This document shows, one piece after another, positions 1-9,531 of a DNA stretch of 64,000 nt (its first letter is position 1; each line of letters opens with the position of its first letter). Under the pieces are notes generated by a model, which made no database searches, was not told where the DNA came from, and was given only the letters and a program-made list of their open reading frames with translations. The position numbers were made by a program, and so were the translations under genes. This stretch comes from a virus. The DNA lies in IMG/VR virus record IMGVR_UViG_3300025684_000012; one strand, written 5' to 3'.

Positions 1-2336
1 CCACCAACAGCTTGCAATATAGCATCAGAATCAATACCGTCGCTTAACGCCGCTTCTAGAGAAGTAACTCTTGTAGCTACAGTAGATAACGATTCGCTAT
101 CCTGATCTACGCGAGTTGTTAGAGAATCTATGGCCGAAGCGTTTGCTGCAATGCCGGATAGATCCAAAGATCCTAGATCGGCAGACAGCTGGGTAACCTC
201 TGACGAGACTACACTGAGGGTATCACTATCAGCATCTACCCGAGCAACGAGTGATGAAATAGCGTCAGCATTTGCTGTAATGCCCGACAGGTCGATCCCT
301 TGAAGATCGGCAGATAGCTGGGTAACCTCTGAGGCTATAATAGACACGTCGCTATCTGTAGCCGTGATCTGAGTTTGTAAATTATTTATTGCTGCAGCAG
401 TAGCATTGACCGCTTCACCAGCAACGTCGATATTGTTTAATTGGGTCTGAAGTGACGTTATGTCAGCAGCATTAGATACGATACTAGATTCTGTTGAGGT
501 CACTCGCGTTGTTAAAGAGTTAACAGCCGTTACGCTTGCTGCGCGACCATCCAGGTCATTTAAATCAATAGCTAGCTGGGTAACATCTTGCGATAATGCT
601 GTTAATCCATCGCTAGTTTGGACTACAGACGCCTCCAATAGATTGATAGCATTAGCATTCAATGCAATTCCGGATACGTCTATGTCGGCTAGACTGGCTT
701 CTAGAGAAGTGATATCCGATGCTAGCGATATAACACTAGAATCGTTTGCGTCAATACGGGCAGACAGCGATTGTTCCGCAGTTGCGATTAAGTCTGTTAC
801 ATATCCTGAATCCAATCCCGCATTTGCTAGTGCTGCTTCAAGCGTGGTGATATCCTGAGCTAGTATAGCAATCGCGCTATCACCCTGCTCTATCAGTGTG
901 CGTAGTTCGTCACGAGCAGTAGCAGTACCGGATATCAAAAAGTCTGAATCAATAGCATTGACTACAGTCTCAAGTTGTGTTAAGCGAGAAGCTTCTGACG
1001 TGAGACGATCGCTGTCTAGGTTGACGCGTGCTTGCAGTGACTGCAAAGCATCAGCTGTGGATGTTAGCGTGCTGTCTGCATTAGCTAATCCTACCGTCAG
1101 CTCACTCAGGTCAATTGCCAATACTTCAACGTTACTATCGGTAGCAGTTATCTGTGTTTGTAGGTTATTGATTGCTGATGATGTAGCGGCGATAGCTTGG
1201 CCAGAAATATCTAATGAAGATAAGTCCGTTTGAAGCTCAGTTACTTGTTGCGATAACGCTTGCAGGGCTGCGCTATCGTCATCGATACGCGTCGTAAGCT
1301 CTTGTGTAGCGGTAGCTACAGCTGAGGTAATATCTCCAGCTAAACTAACTTCAAGATCCGTGATTTCTTGCGCTAGTACTTGTACGGCACTATCAGTAAG
1401 TGTTATTTGACTAGTTAATGTGTTCTCCACATTGGAAGTCGCACTAACGATATCATTGCTAACCTGCGTCTGTAGCAGAGTAACTTGTTCAGCTAATGCT
1501 TGCAACGAATCGCTATCTAGATCAACACGAGCCTCCAGACCAGCGTATAATTGTGAGCTGGCTTGTAGTACATCACTGTCTATGTTAAGCGATTGAAGAT
1601 CAGCTGATAGCTGCGTCACTTGAGAGGCTAGACTAGCCAACGAGTCACTGTCGAGATTAATGCGCGAAGTTAATGCAGTAATTGCTGTATTACTAGCTGA
1701 TAGGATATAATCCGAATCTATTAGATCTAATGCTGCGCCAAGAGCCACTATATCTTGCGATAAAGTGTTTACAGCGGAGTCTGATGCAACAACCTGAGAT
1801 GATAGAATACTGAAATTGTTAGTAAGCGCTTGGAGTAAATCGCTGTCGGCTGATAAACGAGCGTTGAGCTCAATAACCGCAAGAGCCACTGCCGCTTGAA
1901 CGTCCGAGTCACTGACGCTCGTTTCAGCATTCTCTAAAGTCGTAACGGCAGCTGCTATGGCGTCCAGTTCTTGTTGGTTCAATTGTAGAGTAGACGCTAA
2001 CTGAGCTACTTGAAGAGCAGTGACCGCGATATCGCTATCAGTGCTGCTAGCAGCTCCCTGTAGTTGCACTAGAATAGAGTCGTGTTGGGTTATTCGATCA
2101 CCCAATTGAACAACGCTGGGATCCCCAGCTATATTGACTGTCCCCGGAGTGGCCAGTTGATTATTAACTGTGCTGAGTATTAGAGAAGATAGCGCTTCAG
2201 GGGTCAGACCATCGCCCAGCGAGACTAAACTATATAATTCAGCAAAATTATCGTTGATTTTAACAGTAGCCTGACGTAGAGTATCACCACTTCCGTCGTT
2301 AGCTCCTTGCCCGGCATTTAGAATGAGTCTAGCCAT
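1..2336 (-). CDS. Long coiled-coil tail fibre/baseplate protein with gp9/gp10-type N-terminus (partial, runs off window start; absent from ORF track)
   Basis: Manual translation from ATG 2336 (RBS-like AGAGA upstream): MARLILNAGQGANDGSGDTLRQATVKINDNFAELY, the GDTLR..KINDNF.ELY motif of T4-like gp9/gp10 N-termini. It is followed by about 740 aa of A/S/T/L/D/Q-rich heptad repeats, with no stop seen before position 1. Confidence 0.8.
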   Translation of the reverse strand, partial: MARLILNAGQGANDGSGDTLRQATVKINDNFAELYSLVSLGDGLTPEALSSLILSTVNNQLATPGTVNIAGDPSVVQLGDRITQHDSILVQLQGAASSTDSDIAVTALQVAQLASTLQLNQQELDAIAAAVTTLENAETSVSDSDVQAAVALAVIELNARLSADSDLLQALTNNFSILSSQVVASDSAVNTLSQDIVALGAALDLIDSDYILSASNTAITALTSRINLDSDSLASLASQVTQLSADLQSLNIDSDVLQASSQLYAGLEARVDLDSDSLQALAEQVTLLQTQVSNDIVSATSNVENTLTSQITLTDSAVQVLAQEITDLEVSLAGDITSAVATATQELTTRIDDDSAALQALSQQVTELQTDLSSLDISGQAIAATSSAINNLQTQITATDSNVEVLAIDLSELTVGLANADSTLTSTADALQSLQARVNLDSDRLTSEASRLTQLETVVNAIDSDFLISGTATARDELRTLIEQGDSAIAILAQDITTLEAALANAGLDSGYVTDLIATAEQSLSARIDANDSSVISLASDITSLEASLADIDVSGIALNANAINLLEASVVQTSDGLTALSQDVTQLAIDLNDLDGRAASVTAVNSLTTRVTSTESSIVSNAADITSLQTQLNNIDVAGEAVNATAAAINNLQTQITATDSDVSIIASEVTQLSADLQGIDLSGITANADAISSLVARVDADSDTLSVVSSEVTQLSADLGSLDLSGIAANASAIDSLTTRVDQDSESLSTVATRVTSLEAALSDGIDSDAILQAVG

Positions 2337-2359
2337 TTTAATTCTCTTTCTCTTTATCT

Positions 2360-3280
2360 TTAGTTGTGAGTATCTTCGTCGAGGGTAGTTAAATCATGAG
2401 ACGCGTTTAAAAACGCATCAAGTGTAGCTGGGGTAGTCAAGTCAACCAAATCCCCTAGTGTATTGAACCCCTGATCCTGTAAGGACTGGAACGATTCTTG
2501 CTGATACGTTGACATCAAAGGTACTGAGCTAATAATAATATCAGCATCATTAACGTCTGTTTCTCTCATAGTAAGTAAAGCATATTCTGGGTCAACGTCA
2601 ATTTCAACCACGTTACCCATAACAATTGGATAATTTGGTATCTCCAATGGATCGACGGGAGCTCCGGGAACAATGGTTACATTTGCCGTTGATTGAGTTA
2701 CCACCTCTGCCGACAAATACCATCCAGCTGGGTGTATGAACTTCTTATATAACGCCTCATAGTCAGACAGAGACAATCCTGTTTTGATAAGAATAGAAAA
2801 TATTTGATATTTCTTATCATCCTGAATAAAATCTAGATGCTGTGGGCCAATCAGACTGGGGCTGTTAAGTATGAAAATGTTTCTCTTTGGATATTCAATC
2901 CCCACATTTTCTTTGTAGAATGACTTAAAAAACTGTTCGGCAGATATCTGAGTTCCTTTCGCTCTATATAAGGCAGATATCAATTTTGTCATTAACCGAG
3001 GGTTAGCTCCAAACTGAGTGTTATCTAACCCATCACCGATCTCGAATAATATATAATCCAAATACTCTAAAGAAGTGGATGATATATCACGAATATCAAA
3101 CAATCCACGAATGGTATCATCGAATGATACTGATTCCTCACCGGTATACCGATAATAAGTCTCGAGGAATGAAATTAGAGCTGGATACTCCTGAGCATAA
3201 AATTCCGGCAATATGTGAGAAACGATACTACGATGAAACTTAGTCGAAAGTCGTCTAGTATTATTTCTGAACACAGACAT
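2360..3280 (-). CDS. Baseplate wedge subunit (short gp7-like)
   Basis: Directly after gp6; LPEF..EYP.LI.FL..YY, LY.AKGT and HPAG motifs typical of wedge gp7/P2 gpI-like proteins. Confidence 0.65.
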   Translation of the reverse strand: MSVFRNNTRRLSTKFHRSIVSHILPEFYAQEYPALISFLETYYRYTGEESVSFDDTIRGLFDIRDISSTSLEYLDYILFEIGDGLDNTQFGANPRLMTKLISALYRAKGTQISAEQFFKSFYKENVGIEYPKRNIFILNSPSLIGPQHLDFIQDDKKYQIFSILIKTGLSLSDYEALYKKFIHPAGWYLSAEVVTQSTANVTIVPGAPVDPLEIPNYPIVMGNVVEIDVDPEYALLTMRETDVNDADIIISSVPLMSTYQQESFQSLQDQGFNTLGDLVDLTTPATLDAFLNASHDLTTLDEDTHN

Positions 3281-5049
3281 TATATATCCTCTCTTCTACC
3301 AGTAACGCTAAGAGCGGCCGTGTCTAACGAAAGAATGAAATTCCTTGGTGGCGAAATGGTACTCGGGTTTGCTGGTACAGCGCTGACCTTTATTGTAGAG
3401 TTTTGATCTATAGTTAGAGCGTTAATATTCACCGTACCTGTTGCACTATTGTAATACCCTACGTTTAACAGTATAGGGACATTCGACGTATTGAACAATT
3501 GCAATCTGTTGGAGCCAAGCTCGTTCTTAATTAAGACAGATTGACCATTACTTGTGAATACAGATGATGTAATAACGTGAGTGTCCTTATCTGGAGACGC
3601 TAGCACTACTGGGTATGTTAGCGTATAGTCATGTGGTATGCCAGCGACTGTATTTGAAATACGCTGCTGCATCTTAACATCAACTCTAGAATTGAGGATA
3701 GCCTGAGAGAAGTCATCGATACGGGACAGTAATCTGGACCGTCTAAATGATGTGTTGAATGTCTCTAAATTCTCGGAGAAATAATCTTGGACCAATTGGC
3801 TGACTTTTACTTCTAGCGATTGAGCTGTAGTGCTAGTCTTTGACGCGTCAATATTAAATTGTACGGTCAACTCAAGAAAGGCTATGTTAGGATCCACGAA
3901 TTCTGTATCTATGGACATTATCGATATATTAGATGTTAATTGATCCTTAATAATCTGCTTGACTTCTTGCTGGGCCAGATTGCTCAAACCATCTTTGAAT
4001 TTCAAAGAGGCAAAAACTGCTCCATATTTTGGTGGGTCGTTATCCTCACCGCCCCAAGCAACAACGTCTGATATATATTGAGAGAACGTCGATTTGATGA
4101 GAGTTTGATAGTCCTGTGCGGTAACCAATCTCTTTTGGGTAGTGTGAAGTGCTGGGGCATTTTTCTTGATTGACGCGGTAGATTCCTTGCTGGATCCACC
4201 AGCCGCTTCTACTGCAGAGTTGACAATAATGGGATATTCAACGCCATTAACCAACAACAAGCTGCCCTCAAACTGTGAAGCTGTGTTAGCAGCAGCCCCT
4301 TTAGTCGATATATACTCGACCCTGATTTTATTTCCCGCTACAGGAGCTCTACCTAACACGTTACCGTCACCGAAGAATAACTCATAGTGACCATTAGCAA
4401 CTTCTCGCAGCATATATACCGTCGATTCCTCATTAACGGTTAGCGCGCGATCGATATTAACGTATGGTGTATAGTTTACAGTATTAAAATTGTCAAATAC
4501 CTTAACCACTACAGTCGAGCTGTCTAGATTCTCATCTGGGATAACAAATACCTGATCGTCATCTTCAGCACCAACCACAAAGGTTCTTGCTTTCGGCTCG
4601 CCTTGCTTAACTTCAACGTCGAACGTATACGTACCCTCAACCTTCGGGGCTGATACATTATTAACGGTTCGAAATATATACGACACCTCATCAACGTCCG
4701 CTCGGAATTGGGTATATTCGGGCATTACAATTCTGCTCGGTCCACTTGGAGCTTCCACTGTGACGTTTAGGTATGCTGTCGCTGCCGTAGACGACTTCGG
4801 ATAATACCCAAGCGCTTCAGCGTGTTGTAGTACAGAAGAACGCAGCTGTGCAGTTGACAGGAAAGACTCGTTGATTGCCATGTTGGCAGTCAATCCATTG
4901 ATGTGTGTATTATATGCCAGCACATCTAGAATATTGGATAAGCCACTTGCCTCAAAATCATAGTCAGCAAACTCGTCGCTTTGTTTAAAGTAAGTCTTTA
5001 GTTTAGTTTTGATCTTCTCAAAATCTAAGTCGGATGTTGATATCGACAT
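3280..5049 (-). CDS. gp6: Baseplate wedge subunit gp6
   Basis: DLDFEKIK..LK..F..DYDFEASGLS.ILDVLAYNTH, ESFL.TAQLRSSV, Q.RLVT..DY motifs. Confidence 0.95.
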   Translation of the reverse strand: MSISTSDLDFEKIKTKLKTYFKQSDEFADYDFEASGLSNILDVLAYNTHINGLTANMAINESFLSTAQLRSSVLQHAEALGYYPKSSTAATAYLNVTVEAPSGPSRIVMPEYTQFRADVDEVSYIFRTVNNVSAPKVEGTYTFDVEVKQGEPKARTFVVGAEDDDQVFVIPDENLDSSTVVVKVFDNFNTVNYTPYVNIDRALTVNEESTVYMLREVANGHYELFFGDGNVLGRAPVAGNKIRVEYISTKGAAANTASQFEGSLLLVNGVEYPIIVNSAVEAAGGSSKESTASIKKNAPALHTTQKRLVTAQDYQTLIKSTFSQYISDVVAWGGEDNDPPKYGAVFASLKFKDGLSNLAQQEVKQIIKDQLTSNISIMSIDTEFVDPNIAFLELTVQFNIDASKTSTTAQSLEVKVSQLVQDYFSENLETFNTSFRRSRLLSRIDDFSQAILNSRVDVKMQQRISNTVAGIPHDYTLTYPVVLASPDKDTHVITSSVFTSNGQSVLIKNELGSNRLQLFNTSNVPILLNVGYYNSATGTVNINALTIDQNSTIKVSAVPANPSTISPPRNFILSLDTAALSVTGRREDI

Positions 5050-5490
5050 TTATCGTAGCCTCGCAACAGTTACTGTCACTGTAACATCTTGGAGCGTATT
5101 AACGACTCTAAACTCGACAGTAACATTAGCAGAATTATAATCTGGTGAAAATTTAGCACTTACTTTTGACACTCTTGCCCTCGGCTCATAGTTATCGATT
5201 GCTTCTCGTATTACTTGCTCAACATCACTCTCATCGGTTTCGGTGTCCAGAGAGAATATCAGTCGCTGCAGCCGAGAACCAAAGTATGGCTGAAACGGCT
5301 TTTCTCCTCTATTGGTAAGCAACAGGTTACGCACAGACTGTTTAACAGCAGCTGCGTCAGTCTTTTTGTAAACGTCACCCGAAGGTCTTTTCTCGAATGA
5401 GCAATCGACGTCTTTGTAGGTTCTAGATCTACTAGCGACGATCGGCTTATTCAACAAGTTACCATCTTCGATAGAAAATGCTTTTGCCAT
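5050..5490 (-). CDS. gp25: Baseplate wedge subunit gp25
   Basis: AVKQSVRNLLLTNRGEKPFQPYFGS and NYEPRA motifs; position before gp6. Confidence 0.93.
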   Translation of the reverse strand: MAKAFSIEDGNLLNKPIVASRSRTYKDVDCSFEKRPSGDVYKKTDAAAVKQSVRNLLLTNRGEKPFQPYFGSRLQRLIFSLDTETDESDVEQVIREAIDNYEPRARVSKVSAKFSPDYNSANVTVEFRVVNTLQDVTVTVTVARLR

Positions 5491-5514
5491 AATCGTGTTA
5501 AACTCTTTTTTCTT

Positions 5515-5522
5515 TATTTATA
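5515..5522 (-). promoter_or_regulatory. T4-type late promoter TATAAATA (gp25-gp6 operon)
   Basis: Exact TATAAATA on minus strand about 25 nt upstream of gp25. Confidence 0.8.
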
Positions 5523-6834
5523 CCGTTAAAGTGAAGGTGGTTGGTATACCAATCAGTTTTAATACGTCGCAAAAGTTGAGATCTAACAACGCAAGCAGCT
5601 TATCCAAACCTATAGCTTCCAAAAACTCCTTAACCTTCCTGATCCACTGAGCTATCAACTCTTTTTGCCATTGAGCGAACCATTCTTTAGCCTGTCTCAT
5701 GAGATCTGCAATAAGCTCTTCTCCAGACTTGACATTCTCGTTAATAGGTCCACCTATAATGTCTATAAGTTTCTTGCCGAAGATCTCTACCTGCTCAAGC
5801 TCACTGATAATATACCCAGTTACGCTGAAGTTTTTCAGGTCTTCCTCCAGCTGCTTTAATTTGTCCGTTACTTTGTCTTCAATATCCTGGGCAGCATTTT
5901 CTACTTTGTTTTCAATATTCTGCACAGCATTTTCTACGTCCGCTGCAGCATTTTCTATGTCACCTACCACTGCTTCAATTTGGTCTTCGATCTCCTTGAG
6001 CTTCTCAAGCGCTTTCTGCTCGAGTAATTCTATCTGCTCCTGAATGAAGGTTTCGAGGTCAAAGTCTAGCAACGCTGGTAGATCGGGTAAGCCTAATTCG
6101 TCCCATATTTCTTTAAACTCTTTAATCAGCTCTGCGAACGCTTTCCATAGAGCATTATTGAGCCAATCCATTATCTCACTCTTGATATACTGCCAAGTAT
6201 ACTTGGCTCTCCACTCATCGCATTTCGTTTGCCATCTTCCGTTAAACAAATCAGTAAAGGGCTCAGGTAGCTCTGGGATCTTTTCAAGAATCTGTGCTTT
6301 GATTCGGTCTTGTTCTTCCTGCGTAAATATTTTAAGTAAATCTATTTCAATACCAAGTATGTTGATATTGAAGTCTATAGGAATAAGCTCACTAATTAAC
6401 TCCAGTATTTTTACTGGGATATAAATGTGGTACTCTTGTATCAACTCATCCCAACAGTCTTTAGCTTCTTTCTGCCAATTGCGGATCTTACCTTTTTCCC
6501 AATAGGGAGATAACACGTCGGCAAACATATCCATCAACTCTTCGATATCTTTTATCAGAGCGTTTATTTGTTCGACGACTTCTGCTTGAAGCTCAGCTGC
6601 CCGCTCTATCAGTTGCTGTTTAAGTTTTGCAGGTATCTGTGCTATCTGGTTGAACGCATTGGTTAGATCAGCTTTAGTTGGTAAACTATCACAGGGCACT
6701 TGGATTTCAATCGTAAGCGCCGCAGTATCGAATCCCAGCTCGCCAAGCGTAGCTAAACCTTCAGGTGTAGTGAACTTAAACTCCGTTTGGGGGGGTTCGG
6801 GTACGATCTTCTCCACCAGATTATCACTATCCAC
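5518..6834 (-). CDS. Hypothetical acidic helical protein in the baseplate module
   Basis: 438 aa ORF between gp5 and gp25; amphipathic repeats (IENAAADVENAVQNIENKVENAAQDIEDKV). Confidence 0.7.
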   Translation of the reverse strand: MDSDNLVEKIVPEPPQTEFKFTTPEGLATLGELGFDTAALTIEIQVPCDSLPTKADLTNAFNQIAQIPAKLKQQLIERAAELQAEVVEQINALIKDIEELMDMFADVLSPYWEKGKIRNWQKEAKDCWDELIQEYHIYIPVKILELISELIPIDFNINILGIEIDLLKIFTQEEQDRIKAQILEKIPELPEPFTDLFNGRWQTKCDEWRAKYTWQYIKSEIMDWLNNALWKAFAELIKEFKEIWDELGLPDLPALLDFDLETFIQEQIELLEQKALEKLKEIEDQIEAVVGDIENAAADVENAVQNIENKVENAAQDIEDKVTDKLKQLEEDLKNFSVTGYIISELEQVEIFGKKLIDIIGGPINENVKSGEELIADLMRQAKEWFAQWQKELIAQWIRKVKEFLEAIGLDKLLALLDLNFCDVLKLIGIPTTFTLTV

Positions 6835-6841
6835 AATTCAC

Positions 6842-7462
6842 CTATGAGTTTAATTTTATATTTTCGCTAGCGTTGATATCAACATTCTTAGCGGTTAGTG
6901 TCACATCATTAACGCAACTGATAGATGCGTTACCTTGTACTATTATAGTAACATCTCCACTAACTAATAGAATATCATCTTTTTTTACCACCGTCACGCG
7001 TGAGCCATCAGCTCGTAATTCGTAGTAGGTTCCACTTTTATGTTGCTCACGTATACGCTCTTTATCCTTAGTATCATCATATTCCTTATAATGTCCAGAT
7101 TCAGTTTCGTATACTTTATTGAGTGGATAATTATCCAACGCCTTAGAATTAGTGTCTTCCTTTTTAGGAATACAACCGAGCACAAGAGGTAACTGTGAGT
7201 TTTGACCATCTAGGAATATTCCAAATACCTGTGTACCTTTTACTATACCTAGATTCTGTCCTACGCCTTTGTGTATACCAGCCGTCACAGGAACTGTTAT
7301 TTGGGCCCACGGTAAGTGTTCATCGTCAATATTATCGTATACGCCGAGCGCTTTAACCTTAACGCGACCAATTTTCAGCGGATCCTTTTCAACATCTACA
7401 ACATGACCCACAAACCAACGTACAGAGTCACCATAAAAATCAACATAAGTCTTGGGTATCAT
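6842..7462 (-). CDS. gp5: Baseplate hub/spike gp5 (OB-fold plus short beta-helix, no lysozyme domain)
   Basis: WFVG.VVD..DPLKIGRVKV, LPWA, VFGIFLDG...Q.P.VLG, YP.NKVYETESGH..EYDDT motifs. Confidence 0.88.
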   Translation of the reverse strand: MIPKTYVDFYGDSVRWFVGHVVDVEKDPLKIGRVKVKALGVYDNIDDEHLPWAQITVPVTAGIHKGVGQNLGIVKGTQVFGIFLDGQNSQLPLVLGCIPKKEDTNSKALDNYPLNKVYETESGHYKEYDDTKDKERIREQHKSGTYYELRADGSRVTVVKKDDILLVSGDVTIIVQGNASISCVNDVTLTAKNVDINASENIKLNS

Positions 7463-8775
7463 ACATCACCATTTGATATTTTAACGCACGTCAAAGCTAT
7501 AGTATATGCATCTCTAGAAATAGAATGCTTAGCTGAGTATATTAAGTAGTTCCCTGATTTCTTTTTGTCAAAGCGGTCAGAGCTCTTACCTTCATCATTT
7601 AAATTGGCTGGAAACATAACTTCCAGCTTATTACCTATAGTACTGTTACCCTCTATCTGTAAAAAATCGATACCGTTAACAATAATACTAAGTGGTTGTT
7701 TTCTGATTAATCCAACCATTGCTTGTTGAGTAGAATTCAATTTATATTGACCTACAGTTTCACTCTGGTTATATGAATCAAATCCCTCGAATGCTTGAGT
7801 GCTCGCTATTTGAGATATATGCCGACTCTGAATCTCGCCATACGGCGTACCGTTATCCTCGAAGTATAAACTAAACAGCGGATTCTTTTTGATTAAATCA
7901 TCCTCAACCAATGTATCGGTAACATCGATCATGTTGTGTTTATGGTTAACAACTTCGTTATTGGTTACGTCAATGAATTGATGGGTAGCACCAATAAGAC
8001 CGCGGTCTATCAAACTATACAGGTTGTCGGTGTCTTTAACTTGGTAATCCATGATTATCCGTCTACGAGAAGTGTCATCGAAATTCTCGTCAGGGGAAGG
8101 TATAGCGGATTCGGTAAAGGTATACGGAGCGCCCTCGTTGATTGCTGGCTTTTCCAGCATTGTTTTAAGATCTACTAGGAATAGCTCTTCACCACCCAAA
8201 TACGAATACAAGTAGAACGGGTAACCCTTCTCAGTGCTTATCTTGTTCTTAATCCAAGACATAGCGTTAAGTGGAGTAAGATTAGGAACAATCAGCTTCA
8301 TTTTCTGAGGAGGTTCTGTACTAGCCTTTATAGTAGTATCTAGGAACTCAGACGCTATCTTAGCCATAATCGTTGTTGGCTTACCGCTGTATGCCTTGTT
8401 GACGTTTTGTAGGTTAGAGCGGTAATTAACGGTCTGAGTCAAGTGCAGTGCTACTAGCTCATTAGTCTCGTTACCTTTAGCTGCCGTGATCACCTTATCG
8501 ATATAGAATTGAATTTCTACAGGAACCGCTACAACAGTATTAGCCTTCAATACGATGTCTACTGTTTCAGCTCCACTGATATTGAGAGCCGATACTATAT
8601 TGTCACCATCAGTGAACGAAAGAACTGCTGAGACATACGGCTTATCAATATGCTCGAAAATGTCTATATCCGAAACAACGTTCTTTATATCTACCTGAAT
8701 TGGGTTAGATGGACTCTGCAGTACTACACTCTCTATCAATATAGCGGTAGCTTTCTCAATAGCAAAATTACCCAT
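7459..8775 (-). CDS. Baseplate hub protein (gp27-like)
   Basis: Between gp53 and gp5; C-terminal D.KKSGNYLI....H motif typical of T4-like hub proteins. Confidence 0.6.
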   Translation of the reverse strand: MGNFAIEKATAILIESVVLQSPSNPIQVDIKNVVSDIDIFEHIDKPYVSAVLSFTDGDNIVSALNISGAETVDIVLKANTVVAVPVEIQFYIDKVITAAKGNETNELVALHLTQTVNYRSNLQNVNKAYSGKPTTIMAKIASEFLDTTIKASTEPPQKMKLIVPNLTPLNAMSWIKNKISTEKGYPFYLYSYLGGEELFLVDLKTMLEKPAINEGAPYTFTESAIPSPDENFDDTSRRRIIMDYQVKDTDNLYSLIDRGLIGATHQFIDVTNNEVVNHKHNMIDVTDTLVEDDLIKKNPLFSLYFEDNGTPYGEIQSRHISQIASTQAFEGFDSYNQSETVGQYKLNSTQQAMVGLIRKQPLSIIVNGIDFLQIEGNSTIGNKLEVMFPANLNDEGKSSDRFDKKKSGNYLIYSAKHSISRDAYTIALTCVKISNGDV

Positions 8776-9530
8776 TATGAACTCACAGCTTGGTTAAACA
8801 TGGATACCACTCTATTAACCACAGCGGGTTTCAAGACGTTTATCTCCTTGAGTTTATCGTTTTCTTGTACGTAGTATTCTAGGTTGGTTACTCTAACCTG
8901 GTTTTGACCTTCTCCGGTAAACGGTAGATAGTCAATTAACTCTCCATCTATACTATGGTAGCGTGCAGCTAGATGTTCCGGCGTAAAGTATTCCGCAGTG
9001 ATAGATTCGTTTGTTTCAACGGAGGTAATTAGGTCTCCGTCTACTATATCATTCGGAGAAAAGGCAACAGGAACATATTGCCCGTCCTGCAGCTTTCTGA
9101 GATTAGTCACCGTGATATCCCCTAACTTGAGGTTACGGTAAATTATATCCGCGCGAAGACCTGATCTATTGCAGTGGATAGTCTCTCCTACAAGTAGCTT
9201 ATCGTGAATTACATCATGAGTGTGGATAGTGTAGTCGGGAAAGTCTTTCTTTGCCTTCTGGAGAACCTCCTGTTGATTCAATGGCCATCCCTTTTCCCGC
9301 AAATTATCGTTGATCATAAACAAAACCCAATATAGGTGTGGGTCTTTATATAACTTAAAAGCCACCTGGTCTGGGCGCTCGCCCGTTATGATGTGGTACT
9401 GCTGATAAAACGCTCCATTGTTCTTAATGTCATCCATAATCTGAGCATAAGCAGCAAGATTTTGAGCGCGAGCAACCTTACCATCGCCAAATGAGTATAG
9501 AGTCTTCGGAAAGAAGCTGAAGTATGGCAT
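8775..9530 (-). CDS. gp53: Baseplate wedge subunit gp53
   Basis: Likely start MPYFSFFP at 9530; GERPDQVAFKLY.DP.LYWV....N...WPL LysM-like motif. Confidence 0.88.
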   Translation of the reverse strand: MPYFSFFPKTLYSFGDGKVARAQNLAAYAQIMDDIKNNGAFYQQYHIITGERPDQVAFKLYKDPHLYWVLFMINDNLREKGWPLNQQEVLQKAKKDFPDYTIHTHDVIHDKLLVGETIHCNRSGLRADIIYRNLKLGDITVTNLRKLQDGQYVPVAFSPNDIVDGDLITSVETNESITAEYFTPEHLAARYHSIDGELIDYLPFTGEGQNQVRVTNLEYYVQENDKLKEINVLKPAVVNRVVSMFNQAVSS

Positions 9531-9531
9531 A

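Noticed and set aside
460-1233. Plus-strand ORFs 460-858 and 898-1233
   Set aside because: Antisense shadows of the long minus-strand fibre gene
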